A stretch of DNA of 64,000 bases from a virus: IMG/VR virus record IMGVR_UViG_3300042881_006586; one strand, written 5' to 3'. Below the pieces are notes generated by a model, which saw only the letters and a program-made list of their open reading frames with translations, made no database searches and was not told where the DNA came from. Below, piece after piece: positions 39,779 to 48,988 of the stretch; position 1 is the first letter of the stretch; every line of letters begins with the position of its first letter. A program made the position numbers and the translations under genes.

Positions 39779-39780
39779 AT

Positions 39781-41274
39781 TTAAACAAAAGTTATATAAT
39801 TTTTCAGTTTAGCGTAATTCTTGGTGAATTTAGGTAAAACATGTTCCACCATATCTTTTTTCTCATTTTCAACCTTATCAGGATTTTTCACCCTTGTAAT
39901 CGATTCATAATGATAACATACTGCTTCACCTAAATAAATATTTTTATAATTTCGAATAATGCAATCAAGATTCAATAGCACATCTTCAAAACATTCTTTT
40001 GTACCTTCATTAAATCCACCAATACCATCAAATAAAACTTTTTTAATCATCAAAAATGCACCTGTAGAACCCAACACATCAGACTTTTTGTTAAATGCTA
40101 CATTATAATAGGTTCTTATCCCTTTATGAGATAATCCAATTTGATTTTCTTTATTTTGATAAATTAAAATTCCTCCATGCTGAATTCTATTATTTCCATA
40201 ATACAATCTGCAGCCAATAGTGCCAATACCTTTTTTATTATTCAAATATTCTTCAACCATCAATGAAATTGCATCATTTACCATTTCAATATCGTCATTA
40301 CAGAATAGTAAAAGTTCAGTCTTCTTATCTATATGGTTTTTGACTACATCATTGTTTATTTTGGCAAAATTATAATAATCATATTTTATCAAAACAAACC
40401 TCTCATCAGAACCAATATAATCTTCAATTGAAGAAATTGTTGTTTCATTTGAACCTGTGTCTGCAATATAGATTTTATAGTTAGTATAAGCTGTTTTTTT
40501 CAAACTATCTAAGCATTTGCTAAGGTATTCAAAATTGTCTTTAGAAGGGATTATTATTGCTAAAGAAGGGGATTGTTTTATCTTGATTTCACGATAATTT
40601 ACAAATGGAGTTGGAATTACTGATGCAGGCAAAAATTCTTTATAATTTTCTGCAAAAACAAGTCTATTCTGATTCCATTCTTCACTTATCATTCCTACAG
40701 AATCATGTTTGATTTTTACATCTGTTATAACTCCAATTTTCACCCCTTGAAGATGATTTCTCAAACAGAAAGGAATATCATAAAAATGAAATCCTTTGAA
40801 AGTTTCATCAAAGTCTGCCTTTATTCTTTCCTTATGGATTCCTATGAATAATCCATCTACACAAACAGTTTGACAAATTTCATTTGGAACAAGCTGACTA
40901 TATTTTGATTCATACCATTTGCCTTCTTTTGACTTGTGTTGAACGATTCCTACCATCATGGTATTATTTCTCCACCACATTCCTGTATTGTCTAAATCTG
41001 TAGTCCCTGCAAAGCCTAAGATACCATAATCTGATTTTTGGAAATAATCATAGATTCTTTTATCCCAACCTTTTTCAAGATGAACATCGTCATGAACGCA
41101 AACTAATATTTCGTATTTAGATTCTTTTAAAGCAATATTATATGCTTCCGCAAGAGAATGAGTTTTTTTATTGACAAAATGAATTATTTCAACATCATTT
41201 AAAACACAAGTTTGCTTTAGATAATCTGAGTGTTCTTTTGAATCTTTTTTAGTGGAATAGAATATTGAAATCAT
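39781..41274 (-). CDS. two-domain glycosyltransferase (Glyco_tranf_2_5-like + GT2)
   Basis: CVHDDV..VDGLFI..FHFYD; IIIPSKD..LFCNDDI..GAFLMI..EDV. Confidence 0.85.
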   Translation of the reverse strand: MISIFYSTKKDSKEHSDYLKQTCVLNDVEIIHFVNKKTHSLAEAYNIALKESKYEILVCVHDDVHLEKGWDKRIYDYFQKSDYGILGFAGTTDLDNTGMWWRNNTMMVGIVQHKSKEGKWYESKYSQLVPNEICQTVCVDGLFIGIHKERIKADFDETFKGFHFYDIPFCLRNHLQGVKIGVITDVKIKHDSVGMISEEWNQNRLVFAENYKEFLPASVIPTPFVNYREIKIKQSPSLAIIIPSKDNFEYLSKCLDSLKKTAYTNYKIYIADTGSNETTISSIEDYIGSDERFVLIKYDYYNFAKINNDVVKNHIDKKTELLLFCNDDIEMVNDAISLMVEEYLNNKKGIGTIGCRLYYGNNRIQHGGILIYQNKENQIGLSHKGIRTYYNVAFNKKSDVLGSTGAFLMIKKVLFDGIGGFNEGTKECFEDVLLNLDCIIRNYKNIYLGEAVCYHYESITRVKNPDKVENEKKDMVEHVLPKFTKNYAKLKNYITFV

Positions 41275-41311
41275 CTTTTTTTGTTAATATAAGGATTTTA
41301 TTGAAATAATA

Positions 41312-41336
41312 AAACCGTGATTGTGTGTCACGGTTT
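41312..41336 (-). terminator. probable terminator overlapping the stop codon
   Basis: aaaccgtga-ttgtgtg-tcacggttt. Confidence 0.6.
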
Positions 41337-41840
41337 CAATTTTGATTTTATAATTTTGACATACTTTAGCAAAATATCATGACATATTCTATCTTCATTT
41401 TTCAAGTCATACTCTTTTTCATAATATTGGACAAGGGGGCTGACATCAAGTCTTAATAACCACCAATCGATAACTGTACGACCTACTGAATGATGTAAAT
41501 CAATTGCTATTGAAAAATCATCTATTTGTAAAACATTCTCAAGATTTTTTAATTTCTCAGGAGTTAGAGTTACAAGATAATCTAAAGCTTCATTAAGACT
41601 GTTTGGTATTAAATTTAAATAATAATCTAAATATTTTTTCAAAATCCCACAATTTTCATACATTTCCAACTTTTCATAAAAAGATATTGATTCTTTCAAA
41701 ATAAAATAATATTCTTCAAATGATTCTGTGATGAACATATATGATTTATGTTCCTTTGCTGCATTTAAGATATAATCGAAAAATTGTACTTCTTTCTTAT
41801 CTAAATTTAAACTGTTAAAAACATCCCCACTGATTTCCAT
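41328..41840 (-). CDS. hypothetical protein with UVR-like motif
   Basis: ESISFYEKLEMYENCGILKK resembles the UvrB/C coiled motif. Confidence 0.5.
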   Translation of the reverse strand: MEISGDVFNSLNLDKKEVQFFDYILNAAKEHKSYMFITESFEEYYFILKESISFYEKLEMYENCGILKKYLDYYLNLIPNSLNEALDYLVTLTPEKLKNLENVLQIDDFSIAIDLHHSVGRTVIDWWLLRLDVSPLVQYYEKEYDLKNEDRICHDILLKYVKIIKSKLKP

Positions 41841-42890
41841 CTATTTATTCACTCTATTGTACGTGTCATTTGTCTTTTGTATTAATTCAGTTTCCCCTGA
41901 AACAAATGCTTCCAAATCAAAATCTCCTGTATAACTCATAGCAGTTTGTAATCTATGGTCAATATTTTTCATTAATTCTGATAAGGCAAATTCTACCTTT
42001 TGATATTTGTACATTCCTTCGCTTGGTCTTAAATTGATTTTATTCCAAGCTTTTTGAACTTCTACTGTACTCATACCTCTATAAGCTCTTTTTACTTCAA
42101 TTCCTAAGAATTTAAACACAGGAATAAGTCCATTTGCAATAGGAAAATATTTAAATACATATGGTTGTCCACAAGCTTCATTTGTTTTGTTGAAAATACT
42201 CCCCATCATAACAAAATCAGCTCCGCATGCTAATGCAATGTTAATATCTGCTGTATTAGAAATACCCCCATCTGCAATAATTTTACAAGGATTTTCATAA
42301 CGATTTGCAATTTTTCTACATTCCATTATTAGTGATGCCATTGGATAATGAACACCTGTGTGAGTTGTGGTGGTGCATACAAAACCTCCCCCTACGCCTA
42401 AACGTATATAATCTACACCAATTTCTGTAAATTCATGAAAAGCTTTTGGATTTGCTATATTGCCAACCATCAATGTCAATTGGTCTCCCCAAATACTTTT
42501 AGCAATCTTACAAGCTTCCCATAAGTCATACATATGTCCATTAGCAATATCTATCAAAATATTCCAATGAGTTATAGTGCTATTTTGCTTACAATAGACA
42601 CTGACAAACTCTTCTAAAGAAACACTTTCAAATAGCTTTTGATTTTCAAGAACTTTATACCCTGAAGCTTTGATTCCTCTTGGGAGGCAAACATTCAATC
42701 CTTCATCTAAAAACAATTGAGTGTTATTTGCATCAAGAACTGTGTCCATAGGAGCTACAAAATAAGGTTTCTGACCATTTTTGTAATATGGTAGACATTC
42801 TTTACGGCTTCTAACTTTTGATAAAGGAGCAGGAACGATGCTCAAATCTCCTAAGTTCAATTTTATTTTTGAGTTATTCAAATTTTCCAT
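41841..42890 (-). CDS. guaC: GMP reductase / IMP dehydrogenase family protein
   Basis: APMDTV, IDIANGH, GVGGGFVCTT catalytic Cys, IIADGGI, VMMGS, YRGMS, SEG; no CBS domains. Confidence 0.8.
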   Translation of the reverse strand: MENLNNSKIKLNLGDLSIVPAPLSKVRSRKECLPYYKNGQKPYFVAPMDTVLDANNTQLFLDEGLNVCLPRGIKASGYKVLENQKLFESVSLEEFVSVYCKQNSTITHWNILIDIANGHMYDLWEACKIAKSIWGDQLTLMVGNIANPKAFHEFTEIGVDYIRLGVGGGFVCTTTTHTGVHYPMASLIMECRKIANRYENPCKIIADGGISNTADINIALACGADFVMMGSIFNKTNEACGQPYVFKYFPIANGLIPVFKFLGIEVKRAYRGMSTVEVQKAWNKINLRPSEGMYKYQKVEFALSELMKNIDHRLQTAMSYTGDFDLEAFVSGETELIQKTNDTYNRVNK

Positions 42891-43461
42891 CTAATATTCT
42901 ATCGAAATTTATTGTTGAAGAATAAGTATTTGATAATTCTTTTCTAAGCTTTTTATTATATTCTGAGAATAAAATTACCTTTTTTACTTCAGGGAAATTA
43001 TAATATATGCTTTGAGGTAAATCATATGTATTAAAAATTAATTTGGCGGTATTAGACATTAAAGTATAAACTGCACTGTAAAGGCTATTAGAGAAATCAT
43101 CTGAATCAACAATGATTACATCGTAAAATTCATCAATAGCTTCTAAATCGATTTCATTGTAACAAAAAACCCCTGTAACAGAACCTTTTTCTCTTTTGGA
43201 AAAAACAATATCCTTATCTCTGCCAATACCATCAAAATGATAATATTTATGAGCTTTCAAAATATCTGAAATGATTTTTTCTTGAGCTTCTTTATTTTCA
43301 GTTAATATCAAAATGGAATAACTGTCATTTAGAAACATTTTTTCGGCAGCCCATTCTGCGATAAAGCTTGAAAAGCCAACACCTTTAGGACTTCCTGCTA
43401 TCAGGAAATCACTTTCTTGTATGGGTTTCCACAGTTGGTTTATTTGTATTCTTTCTATCAT
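42874..43461 (-). CDS. degenerate terminase-like P-loop ATPase domain
   Basis: AGSPKGVGFSS Walker-A-like (no Lys), YDVIIVDSDD Walker-B-like; TATTTATA upstream. Confidence 0.4.
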   Translation of the reverse strand: MIERIQINQLWKPIQESDFLIAGSPKGVGFSSFIAEWAAEKMFLNDSYSILILTENKEAQEKIISDILKAHKYYHFDGIGRDKDIVFSKREKGSVTGVFCYNEIDLEAIDEFYDVIIVDSDDFSNSLYSAVYTLMSNTAKLIFNTYDLPQSIYYNFPEVKKVILFSEYNKKLRKELSNTYSSTINFDRILDGKFE

Positions 43462-43560
43462 ATTTTTTAGAATCTATATAAATACAGCAGATAACTAACC
43501 ATATTGTTATTATTATCCAATTATATTTTGTTTGAAATTTATATTCTTCCATGAGGAGTA

Positions 43561-44127
43561 TTATTTTGTACCTGTAGAACCAAATCCACCTGTACGGTCT
43601 TTAGAATCAAATTCTTCAGGGGAATCAACTTGTTCCCAAATCAGTTTTTCAACTTTCATAAGAACCATTTGAGCGATTCTTTCTTTAGGTTCAATAACTT
43701 GTTCTTTACCTGAAAGATTGATAACTGCAATTTTGATTTCATCTGTATAATCATCATCAATAGTACCGATACAATTAATCAAGGTAATTCCTTTTTTAAA
43801 TGCAGTACCACTTCTTGCTCTGATTTGAAATTCATAATCATCAGGAATATCAACATAAATTCCTGTAGGAATCAATGCAATTTCCATAGGGTTCAATGTC
43901 ATAGGAACATCTATTAAAGCACATAAATCTAATCCTGAAGAACCTTTTGTTTTATATTCAGGCATAACTCCACTTCTTGAATAAATCTTCACAGTTTTTT
44001 TACCATAATCTAAAGTTGAATTAGAAAAATAAGAAGTCATATAACTTTCATATGATTTTTTTGCATTTCTAATTTCTTCATTTGCTGCATTGAGCATTTC
44101 CTCAAGATTCTTTTCGTTCTGATTCAT
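43561..44127 (-). CDS. dut: dUTPase (trimeric)
   Basis: SSGLDL, IPTG, ARSG, GTIDDDY, RIAQ, RTGGFGSTG motifs 1-5. Confidence 0.95.
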   Translation of the reverse strand: MNQNEKNLEEMLNAANEEIRNAKKSYESYMTSYFSNSTLDYGKKTVKIYSRSGVMPEYKTKGSSGLDLCALIDVPMTLNPMEIALIPTGIYVDIPDDYEFQIRARSGTAFKKGITLINCIGTIDDDYTDEIKIAVINLSGKEQVIEPKERIAQMVLMKVEKLIWEQVDSPEEFDSKDRTGGFGSTGTK

Positions 44128-44389
44128 TTGAAATTTGATTTTTAATAAGATTAAATTTTTCTTGAAATTCTTCGATATCTCCCAATATAGATAGATAAGT
44201 TTGCTCTGAAATAATATTAGGATTCAAACAAACAACTTCATGTCGCTCAAAGTTAGGAAATAAAATTGAAATATATTCATCTTTTGGAATAAAATCTAAA
44301 TTTTCTGAAAAAGATTTTATCATCGTTTCCATTTCTGAAGGTGGAACGTTACTGACATTAATATAAAAAATGAGAATTGGTCTTATCAT
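44102..44389 (-). CDS. hypothetical protein
   Basis: 95-aa ORF coupled in the operon. Confidence 0.55.
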   Translation of the reverse strand: MIRPILIFYINVSNVPPSEMETMIKSFSENLDFIPKDEYISILFPNFERHEVVCLNPNIISEQTYLSILGDIEEFQEKFNLIKNQISNESERKES

Positions 44390-45549
44390 TAGAATAAAGA
44401 TTTATATGCCTGTGCTCTTTTTTTGCTTACGTTATTGATATCATACTTATCTTTTACTGTTTCATAAAGAGCTTCTCCCATATCAATTCTCATCTGCGGA
44501 TTTCTTAGCAATTTTTTTGCAAAATCATAAAAATCCTTATGAGATTTCTTTTCTTCCACTAAGAAGCAATTTTTCCCATGAATCCCATCAATTTCATATG
44601 GAGATATTTTGCTTGCAATTAAAGGCTTTTTGTGAAATCCTGCTTCAATAAGTTTCAATTGAGATTTCATTGTATTGAAATGAATATCTTTCAATGGCGC
44701 AAGTGCTATATCTATATAATTGTAAGAATCTGCATAGCTTTGAATAGGTTTAGTCCATATTCTTCTATAGAATTGATTTTCAATATTAGGATATTCTTCT
44801 TGTCTTGGATTTAATAGATAATGGGTGTAATCATTGTCATGCAACATGTATCTATTTGTAAAAATTAGTTCACATTCCATCCAAACTTTAGGTTTTTTGG
44901 ATTCAGTAATTTCACCTGTATCAGAATTTCTAATCAAATTATTGAATCCTGCCATAACCATTTGAACTTCATTTTTGTTATTCCCATATAACTTATTAAC
45001 CATACCGCTCAAAAGTTTCAAATCTTCCAAATGGCTTGAGCCACCAATCCATCCAATTCTTGTTCTTTCAGATTCAATTGGCTTAGGAATAAATTGTTCT
45101 TCTTCGGGATTGATTGCATTAGAAATAATTGTAACATTCTTATTGTATTTTACAATTTCTTTTGCAAGAGTTAAAGTTGTAGTAGTTATAAGGTCTGCAA
45201 TTTTTAACCTTGAAGTCAAAGTTTTCCATTGGTCTTCTAACTTTTTGTATAAAGCATGACTTGGAGGAAGTCTCCAATAATCATCTAAATCTAAAATGAT
45301 TTTCATCCCATCCTTTTTCAAGTTCTCAAGTAATGAAAAAACTGAATCATTCATAACCAAAGTGCCTTGACCTACAATGGCATCATAATTTGAAGCAAAA
45401 TCTTTTTCATGTAGAGGCGGATTTTGCATGATATCAATTAAAAAATCTTCTTTATGGTTAGATTGTAAAGCAGTGTGTGGGTCTGTAAATCTATATTTTC
45501 CTACACCTGCATTATTAACTTCTAATACCAATATTCTTATCTTCTTCAT
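44389..45549 (-). CDS. GT-B fold glycosyltransferase
   Basis: GVGKYRF..P, ILDLDD, RIGWIGGSSH, DIALAPL..FN..KSQLKLIEAG. Confidence 0.85.
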   Translation of the reverse strand: MKKIRILVLEVNNAGVGKYRFTDPHTALQSNHKEDFLIDIMQNPPLHEKDFASNYDAIVGQGTLVMNDSVFSLLENLKKDGMKIILDLDDYWRLPPSHALYKKLEDQWKTLTSRLKIADLITTTTLTLAKEIVKYNKNVTIISNAINPEEEQFIPKPIESERTRIGWIGGSSHLEDLKLLSGMVNKLYGNNKNEVQMVMAGFNNLIRNSDTGEITESKKPKVWMECELIFTNRYMLHDNDYTHYLLNPRQEEYPNIENQFYRRIWTKPIQSYADSYNYIDIALAPLKDIHFNTMKSQLKLIEAGFHKKPLIASKISPYEIDGIHGKNCFLVEEKKSHKDFYDFAKKLLRNPQMRIDMGEALYETVKDKYDINNVSKKRAQAYKSLF

Positions 45550-45611
45550 CTTTTTTATTTTAATATAGTCTTCAAATTTAGAAAATAAATCTATATACCT
45601 ATATTAAGATT

Positions 45612-46190
45612 ATGAATGAGAGTATTATTTTAAAATGTAGATTTGAGGTCGCAAATTGCGACCATAAATTTTATTTAGAGAAGCTTAGAAAATACTCAAA
45701 TGAAACAAAAATTATTTCTATTGAAGAGAAATATTATCATAAAGAAATAGAAGAGTATTCTTTTGAATTTGATGGATATATAACAAAAACTATAAAAATA
45801 TTTAAAGCGAAACTGAAATTCGGAAAAACCGAATTTTTGGCATTGATAGAAAACGAAGTTATCAAAATAAAAAATGCTGATGAACTTATAAAGTTAACAT
45901 CAGCAAATGATATAGAAAATTTAGGTTTCGTTTACATTATTAAATCCAAGTTAGGATATAAAATAGGTTATTCAAAAGAAATTCACAAAAGAAACAAAAT
46001 TTTTAATGTGAAACTGCCATTTCAATGGGAGTTTGCAAAAATATTTTGTTTGAAGGATTATAAGCTTTTTGAGAAATTTCTTCATGGTGCTTACAGTTTA
46101 AAAAAAATAAATGGCGAATGGTTTGATTTAAATGAAAATGATTTAGTTACTATTGAAAGATTTTATGAAAAAATCAAACTCCCCAAGTAA
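45612..46190 (+). CDS. GIY-YIG / T5orf172-family nuclease-domain protein
   Basis: GFVYII..YKIGYS..R..E..LH..GEWF; opposite strand to its neighbours. Confidence 0.8.
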   Translation: MNESIILKCRFEVANCDHKFYLEKLRKYSNETKIISIEEKYYHKEIEEYSFEFDGYITKTIKIFKAKLKFGKTEFLALIENEVIKIKNADELIKLTSANDIENLGFVYIIKSKLGYKIGYSKEIHKRNKIFNVKLPFQWEFAKIFCLKDYKLFEKFLHGAYSLKKINGEWFDLNENDLVTIERFYEKIKLPK

Positions 46191-46443
46191 ATCCATCAAC
46201 AGTAGCCCAACATATATCATCATTTGTAATAAATGAATCTAAACAATCAATACTACAGCAGACACCTAAGAATTTATTTTCTGAAGCAAAATCCATAACT
46301 AATTTAACTTTTTTAGGGTCAACTTGTTTTCCTGAATCTATATTAATGAAAACAGAATTAGTATATGGTTTCCCATTTTTAGGGGAAATTTTGTAAAAGT
46401 ATTCTAATACTGTTCCATTGTTATATGTTCGGCTTTGTATCAT
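46174..46443 (-). CDS. hypothetical protein
   Basis: 89-aa ORF coupled to the upstream gene. Confidence 0.5.
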   Translation of the reverse strand: MIQSRTYNNGTVLEYFYKISPKNGKPYTNSVFINIDSGKQVDPKKVKLVMDFASENKFLGVCCSIDCLDSFITNDDICWATVDGFTWGV

Positions 46444-46736
46444 TATCTTTTGACAGGTGACATTTTTCCTCTGAAGTGATGACCTCCAATAACAATATCC
46501 ACAGTATCAGCACTTCCTTCTGTAATAATAGTCTTTTGAGATAGATTTTCAACTATTTCAGTAAGATATGCAATCTGTTGTTTTAACTCTTCAATTTCTG
46601 AATTAACTGCATTATTCTTTGGGCGATATTCACTTTCATTTATAAGTGAATCCTCATTCATTGATATTTTGCCTGCAATATTATTTAGAAATCTATCAAG
46701 TTTCGGGTCAGGTCTTTCGATATTATTGTTGTTCAT
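46443..46736 (-). CDS. hypothetical protein
   Basis: Start revised to MNNNNIERP (46736) to minimise overlap. Confidence 0.55.
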   Translation of the reverse strand: MNNNNIERPDPKLDRFLNNIAGKISMNEDSLINESEYRPKNNAVNSEIEELKQQIAYLTEIVENLSQKTIITEGSADTVDIVIGGHHFRGKMSPVKR

Positions 46737-47115
46737 CGTTTTCGGTTTTATTATAATTTGAAGCATTCATTGCAATAGAAATTGCTTTTTCTATTTGATA
46801 TGAAACATTTTCTACAATAGTATCGATTGCTTCACTTATAACAGAATTCACTTCAGAATTTATTAAGTTTCTTAAATAGTCTTCATTTATCAATCCGTTT
46901 TTCTTGTTTGAATGAGTAGGAATACTATTTGTTTTTGCACGTCTTTCAGTTTCTTCAAAGATTTTAAAAATTTTATTGGAATCTATTTTTTGAAATAGTT
47001 GCTCATGATTAACAAGCTCTATTGTTTCTTCATTTTTTTCCAATTCAGTTATAGCTCCTAAGAAATCTGTATCATATTCAGTTTCAAATTCAGGATTTTC
47101 TTTTAGATTGTTCAT
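46723..47115 (-). CDS. hypothetical acidic protein
   Basis: 130-aa ORF behind a TATATTA motif. Confidence 0.55.
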   Translation of the reverse strand: MNNLKENPEFETEYDTDFLGAITELEKNEETIELVNHEQLFQKIDSNKIFKIFEETERRAKTNSIPTHSNKKNGLINEDYLRNLINSEVNSVISEAIDTIVENVSYQIEKAISIAMNASNYNKTENDEQQ

Positions 47116-47157
47116 AGTTATATAATTTACAACTAATATAGATTATAAAAAATAAAA

Positions 47158-47529
47158 CTAAAATTTGGCACTATTATAAATTTGTGCCATAGATTTGTCC
47201 CCTGACTTGTTATATTTATCTCTTGGTTTATCAAATTTCTTATCCCAAAAGAATAAAGTTTTAACCACTTTCAAATCTTTTATTTTATCTTTACGGAAAG
47301 TTTTCCATTGATTGTTGCCTCTTTTTGAAGGGCCCTTCAATTGAAAAACTCTTATCAATTCATTCCCTAAATGATTCTTTCCAAATACATACATCTCTCC
47401 TTCTCTCCAATCATTTTCATTATCGTATTTAAACTTCACAAGAAGTTTCTTTTCAATAGGGTTTATGATTTGAGAATTAGCAATAGCCTCATTGAGAACT
47501 AAGTTATATGTTTCAAAAAGACTCTTCAT
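47158..47529 (-). CDS. stand-alone WYL-like domain protein with MKSLFETYNLVLNE leader
   Basis: VKFKY..WREGEMYVFG..LIRVFQ..WKTFRKDKI WYL pattern; start revised to 47529, 1 nt after the upstream stop. Confidence 0.7.
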   Translation of the reverse strand: MKSLFETYNLVLNEAIANSQIINPIEKKLLVKFKYDNENDWREGEMYVFGKNHLGNELIRVFQLKGPSKRGNNQWKTFRKDKIKDLKVVKTLFFWDKKFDKPRDKYNKSGDKSMAQIYNSAKF

Positions 47530-47530
47530 A

Positions 47531-47893
47531 TTACATATTAAAAGAAAAAGGTATTGAAGGAAAACAATCGTAAGGATTTTCTCTTCTATAAATATTCTTT
47601 TGAAGCAATCTGTTTCTTCCTGAGCCATCAACATCAGGTCTTCCATTGATGTCATAATATCCGCCACCGTTCAATGTATCCAAGTAACCTGAAGTTCCTT
47701 TACCTTTGATGTTCAAACGGTCATCAGAACCTCCTTGTGCTTGAAGAGCATTAGGGTGAGTTTCATTATAAATTCTACCTGTTTGATTTTGATAGACATT
47801 TCTTATAAGAAGCTCTTGTCTTGCTTGATTGGCGATGTCCTCTAAACGAGTACAACTTCTGCCAAGTCTGTTATTATTGTCGTTAATTGCCAT
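47531..47893 (-). CDS. Gly-rich hypothetical (putative virion) protein
   Basis: HPNAL..KGKGT..GGGYYDING..GSGR; late operon. Confidence 0.55.
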   Translation of the reverse strand: MAINDNNNRLGRSCTRLEDIANQARQELLIRNVYQNQTGRIYNETHPNALQAQGGSDDRLNIKGKGTSGYLDTLNGGGYYDINGRPDVDGSGRNRLLQKNIYRRENPYDCFPSIPFSFNM

Positions 47894-47916
47894 AGTTATA
47901 TTTTCTTTTAAATATC

Positions 47917-48402
47917 TTAAATTTTATTTTTTTGAATAAATCTGAATTGTTCTTCAGTAACTATTATTTTTTTTATTTTCTTATTTTCACTGTGAACAGA
48001 TAATTTTGCAGGTTTTGTTGTTACAGTTGAATTTACTGTTGAATCTTTATAATGTGTTTTTTTATAAGCGTTTTCAATGCCTGCTTTATCCTTTAAATCT
48101 TTTTTTAATTCAGAAGTAGTTCTTGCAGTTTTTAAAGTTTCGTTAATCCAAGTTTCTAAGACATTTCCACCGTTCAATTCATAAAGAACTGTATTTTCTC
48201 TATTTGTTTCTAAAATATGTTTTATATTTTTTAAATTTTCATAAGTCAATCTTCCTGTCTCAACAAGATTTTTTAACCTTGTGTAACCTTCTAAACTTTT
48301 ATCCCCATTATTATTTTCATATGAACTAAATTTTTTCTTTAATTCATCTAAAACATTTTTTGGAAGATTGTAATAATTCCCTTGGAGTTCTTGATTTGCC
48401 AT
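47917..48402 (-). CDS. hypothetical protein with C-terminal KKIIVTEEQF motif
   Basis: Coupled ORF in a late operon. Confidence 0.6.
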   Translation of the reverse strand: MANQELQGNYYNLPKNVLDELKKKFSSYENNNGDKSLEGYTRLKNLVETGRLTYENLKNIKHILETNRENTVLYELNGGNVLETWINETLKTARTTSELKKDLKDKAGIENAYKKTHYKDSTVNSTVTTKPAKLSVHSENKKIKKIIVTEEQFRFIQKNKI

Positions 48403-48956
48403 TATATTGAATTTTTTAATTCTTTTCTTTTTTTAGGACTTAAATTCTTAGTATTTAGCTTTTCAATAACGTTTTTAACTATTATTGAAACAATATCTTC
48501 ATAATTTTCATCATTTGAAAAATCATCAACATTGTCTATTAAATTTTTAACATTATCTTGCACATCATCCATATCATAACTTTTGCTAAGTTCATCAATA
48601 TCAGGAATAGAAGTTGTATCTTTGCTGATAAGTTCTTCTTCTTTAGAATTTTTAAATCTATCTAAAATAGTATCTTCTCTTAAATCATCTTCAATTATAT
48701 AGGATTCAGAAACGCTTCCTGAAGAATAACCATAACCTCTGAAATAGTAGTAGAATTTACCATCTTGATTGGCAGACCATCTTTGTTTATCAGTGTCCCA
48801 ATTCGTTCCATCTATTTTATCATCGTAGGTAGTGGTTTTGATTCGAGAAGAGCCTGGGTATTCGACCATACCCCCACTAATAATTCCACCATCAGAATTG
48901 ATGATTTCATTCATCATTTCTTCAGTTATTTTCAATCTTTTCATTTTTTTACGCAT
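48402..48956 (-). CDS. hypothetical protein with LKITEEMMNE leader
   Basis: TATTTATA on the minus strand at 48973-48980. Confidence 0.6.
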   Translation of the reverse strand: MRKKMKRLKITEEMMNEIINSDGGIISGGMVEYPGSSRIKTTTYDDKIDGTNWDTDKQRWSANQDGKFYYYFRGYGYSSGSVSESYIIEDDLREDTILDRFKNSKEEELISKDTTSIPDIDELSKSYDMDDVQDNVKNLIDNVDDFSNDENYEDIVSIIVKNVIEKLNTKNLSPKKRKELKNSI

Positions 48957-48988
48957 AACATAAATATTTATCTATAAATATATACATA

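Noticed and set aside
47530-47667. ORF-track N-terminal extensions (47667, 50767, 51472, 46766 starts)
   Set aside because: They overlap upstream genes or repeats; downstream ATGs give coupled starts and the shared leader motifs.
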